From: the human T2T-CHM13v2.0 reference genome, Homo sapiens
Length of the DNA stretch: 64,000 bases
Reading direction: 5' to 3' (one strand)
NCBI RefSeq assembly: GCF_009914755.1
Contig: NC_060939.1
The notes under the pieces are model-generated. The model had not been told where the DNA came from. It did not search any database and worked only from the letters and a program-made list of their open reading frames with translations. This document shows, one piece after another, positions 59,849 to 64,000 of the stretch (position 1 is its first letter; each line of letters starts with the position of its first letter). Both the position numbers and the translations under genes were made by a program.

Positions 59849-61026
59849 TGATTCTGCAGTTTTGTCACAGTGCCTAGGAGACCAGAATAGCAGGGTCCAT
59901 CATAGCAATTTTCTCTAGCCTAGTGATTTTTAAACTATTTGCTAGAGGGGTGTGAGCAGGGAAGGAGTCTAGGACTCCCCTCAACCAAAGCAACACCACT
60001 TTTTATATGCTGAGTTCACATAAGATTGTTTTAAGTGGTTCAGTATTAAGAAATCTGTCAATAAAATGTATTCCACTGAGTTAAATGAAAAGTCGTGAAT
60101 TAAATGAGAAAAAGTCACTTGACACAATTCTGCAGTTCACATAAGATTTTTAAGAAAAAATGTTACTGCTTTAATACTTTTTTTAACTAGAGTTCTGGCA
60201 AATTAACCTACTATTGAAAATAAAGCAAGAACAACTTGAATTCTTTCTCCTCTAAGACAGAAACTAACCTGATGGGCAAACTGAAATGAATCCGTTCATT
60301 AGAGAGATTTGAAAGGAATTAAGGACAAGATAGCCATGAGCTGGTTGAAGTACCACTAAAGCTGAGCAGTGGTCATGGTTGTGGGAGCTGCTTTGGGTTA
60401 AAAGTTCCCAGCATTCCCAGCATCTGAAAGATATCTGTATTTCTTTTACGTCTTAAACTCTTTTATGACTTACACTTTTTAAAAAGGATTCCAGACACAC
60501 TAAAACCAAATGGAGAAATACTCTCCTGGGAATTAATTGAATTCAGAAATTTTCAAAGAGATCAGATTCAGTTGCAACTTTTGAAGCTCTGTGTTTGTGG
60601 TAGCAAGCTAGTAGAAAGCAGTGAATATCATCCATTGTTTTGGCGCTACTGTATAAAAGGATAGTGGGCTGTACATACTATGCTATTCTTTTCTTTTTTT
60701 TCTTTATTTTAAAATTAATATGTGCTCATTATTCTCTTTTCAGAGAATACAGAAATGTATAAACAAAAATGTAAAAATAACAGTGCTTATTTCTTGGGAT
60801 AACCACTATTACGTAGGACAAAGGTTTTGTGTTTGTTTTTGTTTTTTTAACTTTTTTTGGAAATAATTTCAAATACACAAAAAGTTACAAACATAAAAAT
60901 AATACAAAGAACATCCCAACACTCTTTACCCAGATTCACCTATTGTTAACACATTTTATTCCATTTCTCCATTTGCATATGCACTTATATGCTCAGTCTT
61001 TCTTATACTTTTGCATGCTCAGTCTT

Positions 61027-61051
61027 TCTCTCTCTCTCTCTCTCTCTCTGT

Positions 61052-61078
<27 letters not shown>
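61027..61078. repeat. (CT)n(CA)n compound microsatellite
   Basis: Directly visible. Confidence 0.96.
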
Positions 61079-61083
<5 letters not shown>

Positions 61084-61703
61084 TGTGTACACCCAGACAC
61101 ACACAAAATTTTGTTTTAATCATGTGAGGATAAATTATATACATTGTAGCCCTTTACCCCCAGGATATTTCAGTGTGTATGTCAAAGAATATTTTCTTAT
61201 ATAACCATAGTGTAGTCATCAATTTCATAATTTTTCATTAACAGTGCTTTAATCTGTCATCTATATGTTGACTGAATGTCATTTCTTTATAACATTTTTC
61301 CCTTCCAAAACAGGTTCCAGTCTAGGGTCAGGTTTTGTGTTTAGTAGTCAAGTTTCTTTAGCTTAAACTGGGATATTTCCATAATCTTTCTTTTTCTTTT
61401 ATAACATTGATATTTTTTTAAAATACAGTTCCCTTCTGCTTCCCCCGCTGCTTTTACCTTTAACAGAACATTGCTCATTGTGTATTTTTCAGATGTTTCC
61501 TTGTGATTAGATTGAGGTTGCGCATTCTTGGTGGGATTACTTGCATAGGTGGTGGTGTGTTCTCAATATGTCACATATGCAGGCACACAATGTCCTTTTG
61601 TTTCTCACTAGTAATGTTAATTTTGCTTACCTGGTACATTATTTAAATTCTCCTTTGTCATTAATAAGTAATCTATGGGGAGACGATTTAAGAACATACA
61701 AAC

Positions 61704-62149
<446 letters not shown>

Positions 62150-62189
62150 TTACATTTACCAGGTAGCCTTCAGCATTCTAATCTAAGCA

Positions 62190-62776
<587 letters not shown>

Positions 62777-63690
62777 TAACAAATCATTGGTATTGTGTCT
62801 GTTATAAATCATACTAATAATAGTATGAAGTTTTTTCTACTAGTTTATAATTTATTACTGTACTTAATTATTTTGGTGCTTAAATTGTACCAGATTTGGC
62901 CAGTTGAGTATCCCCTACATCTGGCTCTTACACGGGACAAAGTGTTTAACATAATTTCTGAGTGTGTTTTCTGTTCATTTAGAAGCAGTATTTTTATACT
63001 TTCTTATACTTCATTTTGATGAATGAAAAGGGCAAAGCATTAAACAAAATAATCCTGGTAGATCAATGAACTTTGTTTAAATAATTAATAGCACAAAGCA
63101 ATCAAAGCATGTAGATATAGGTTCTCTCAGAGTAGTCCATTTTTAGGTCCATAGGATGAGGTCATTATTTTTATGTTCTTTGTGTCTCCCAGCTTCATTG
63201 CTCCAACCTCCTGGCTCTTAAAGGGCCAATTGATGTATGACATCATCCCCTCAAAATGGGCTGGAGACAGCAAAACAAAGTAATATTCTCTTCCTTCCCT
63301 TGGGAAGACTAAGTGTGCCTATGTGGTGTGCACATCTCATGAGGATGACTCTAGTGGCCATATAGAGTTCTATCTATAGAGTTAGAAGAATAACTCTAAT
63401 CATCTTCATGAATTTTTTATAAGAATGATCTCAATAGAACTTGTCTTCATTAGGTTAGAAAAGGCAATAAATATTCTAAAAACTCATAATGACCTATTTA
63501 CTTTTATAATTGAGAGGTTATATTTTATTCTATTCATACAACTCTTGTTTTTCTGATTCTTTTTTAAGGCATATTCCCTATATTCTTTTCTTCCCATGTT
63601 CTAATTGTCCTGTTTTCTTCAAATAGGTAATTTAATTTTATTTAAATAGGATCTCATTTTCTTGAAAATAATTCTGTATTTCTTTCCTAG

Positions 63691-63823
63691 CGCTACCTTG
63701 ATGAAGCAGACAGAGATAAGGAGCGTTACATGAAGGAACTGGAACAGTATCAGAAAACAGAGGCCTACAAGGTCTTCAGTAGGAAAACCCAGGACCGTCA
63801 GAAAGGCAAATCTCATAGGCAAG
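63691..63823 (+). CDS. HMG20A: HMG20A coding exon, aa 151-194: HMG-box helix 3 RYLDEADRDKERYMKELEQYQKTEAY...KSHRQ; gene continues past the window
   Basis: tttcctag| acceptor, AAG|gtatca donor; 133 nt = 44 codons +1; in frame with the previous exon. Confidence 0.97.
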
Positions 63824-64000
63824 GTATCAAAACCAGAACCAAATGTATTTGTAGTTTGTTGTGGGTGATGGAGTGTCATAAAGCCAACTGTTAAGAGTGG
63901 TAACTATAAAAGATGTGTTTCTGTTTTTTCTCCACTATCCAGTATTCACTTACAAGCATTATCTTGAAATTTTATTAAAATCACATTGCTCTCATTTAGA

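Overview
This is primate genomic DNA, almost certainly human. It matches the head-to-head PEAK1 / HMG20A locus (15q24 from recall; not checked by search). A CpG island at about 11.6-13.75 kb is a bidirectional promoter. On the minus strand, a non-coding first exon (donor at 12450) assigned to PEAK1 opens a long intron covering 1-12449. On the plus strand lies HMG20A (iBRAF): non-coding exon 1 (donor at 13448), a probable cassette 5'UTR exon (40174-40266), and four coding exons (50862-50950, 56694-56841, 59549-59761, 63691-63823). These splice in frame into residues 1-194, including the NLS and HMG box; the gene continues beyond the window. The rest is intronic and repeat-dense (about 37 Alus or Alu fragments, plus L1, L2, MIR, Tigger/hAT fossils and microsatellites). 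Nearly all ORFs in the supplied track are repeat or GC-island artefacts. I found no prokaryotic-type novel system. The best leads are: (1) an L2-derived cassette exon whose inclusion creates an out-of-frame uORF overlapping both N-terminal HMG20A start codons; (2) a strong-Kozak uATG in the minus-strand first exon and a second antisense donor inside the HMG20A promoter; (3) several local rearrangement scars; (4) a very young AluYa5-like insertion. Repeat subfamily calls and boundaries are by eye and approximate.
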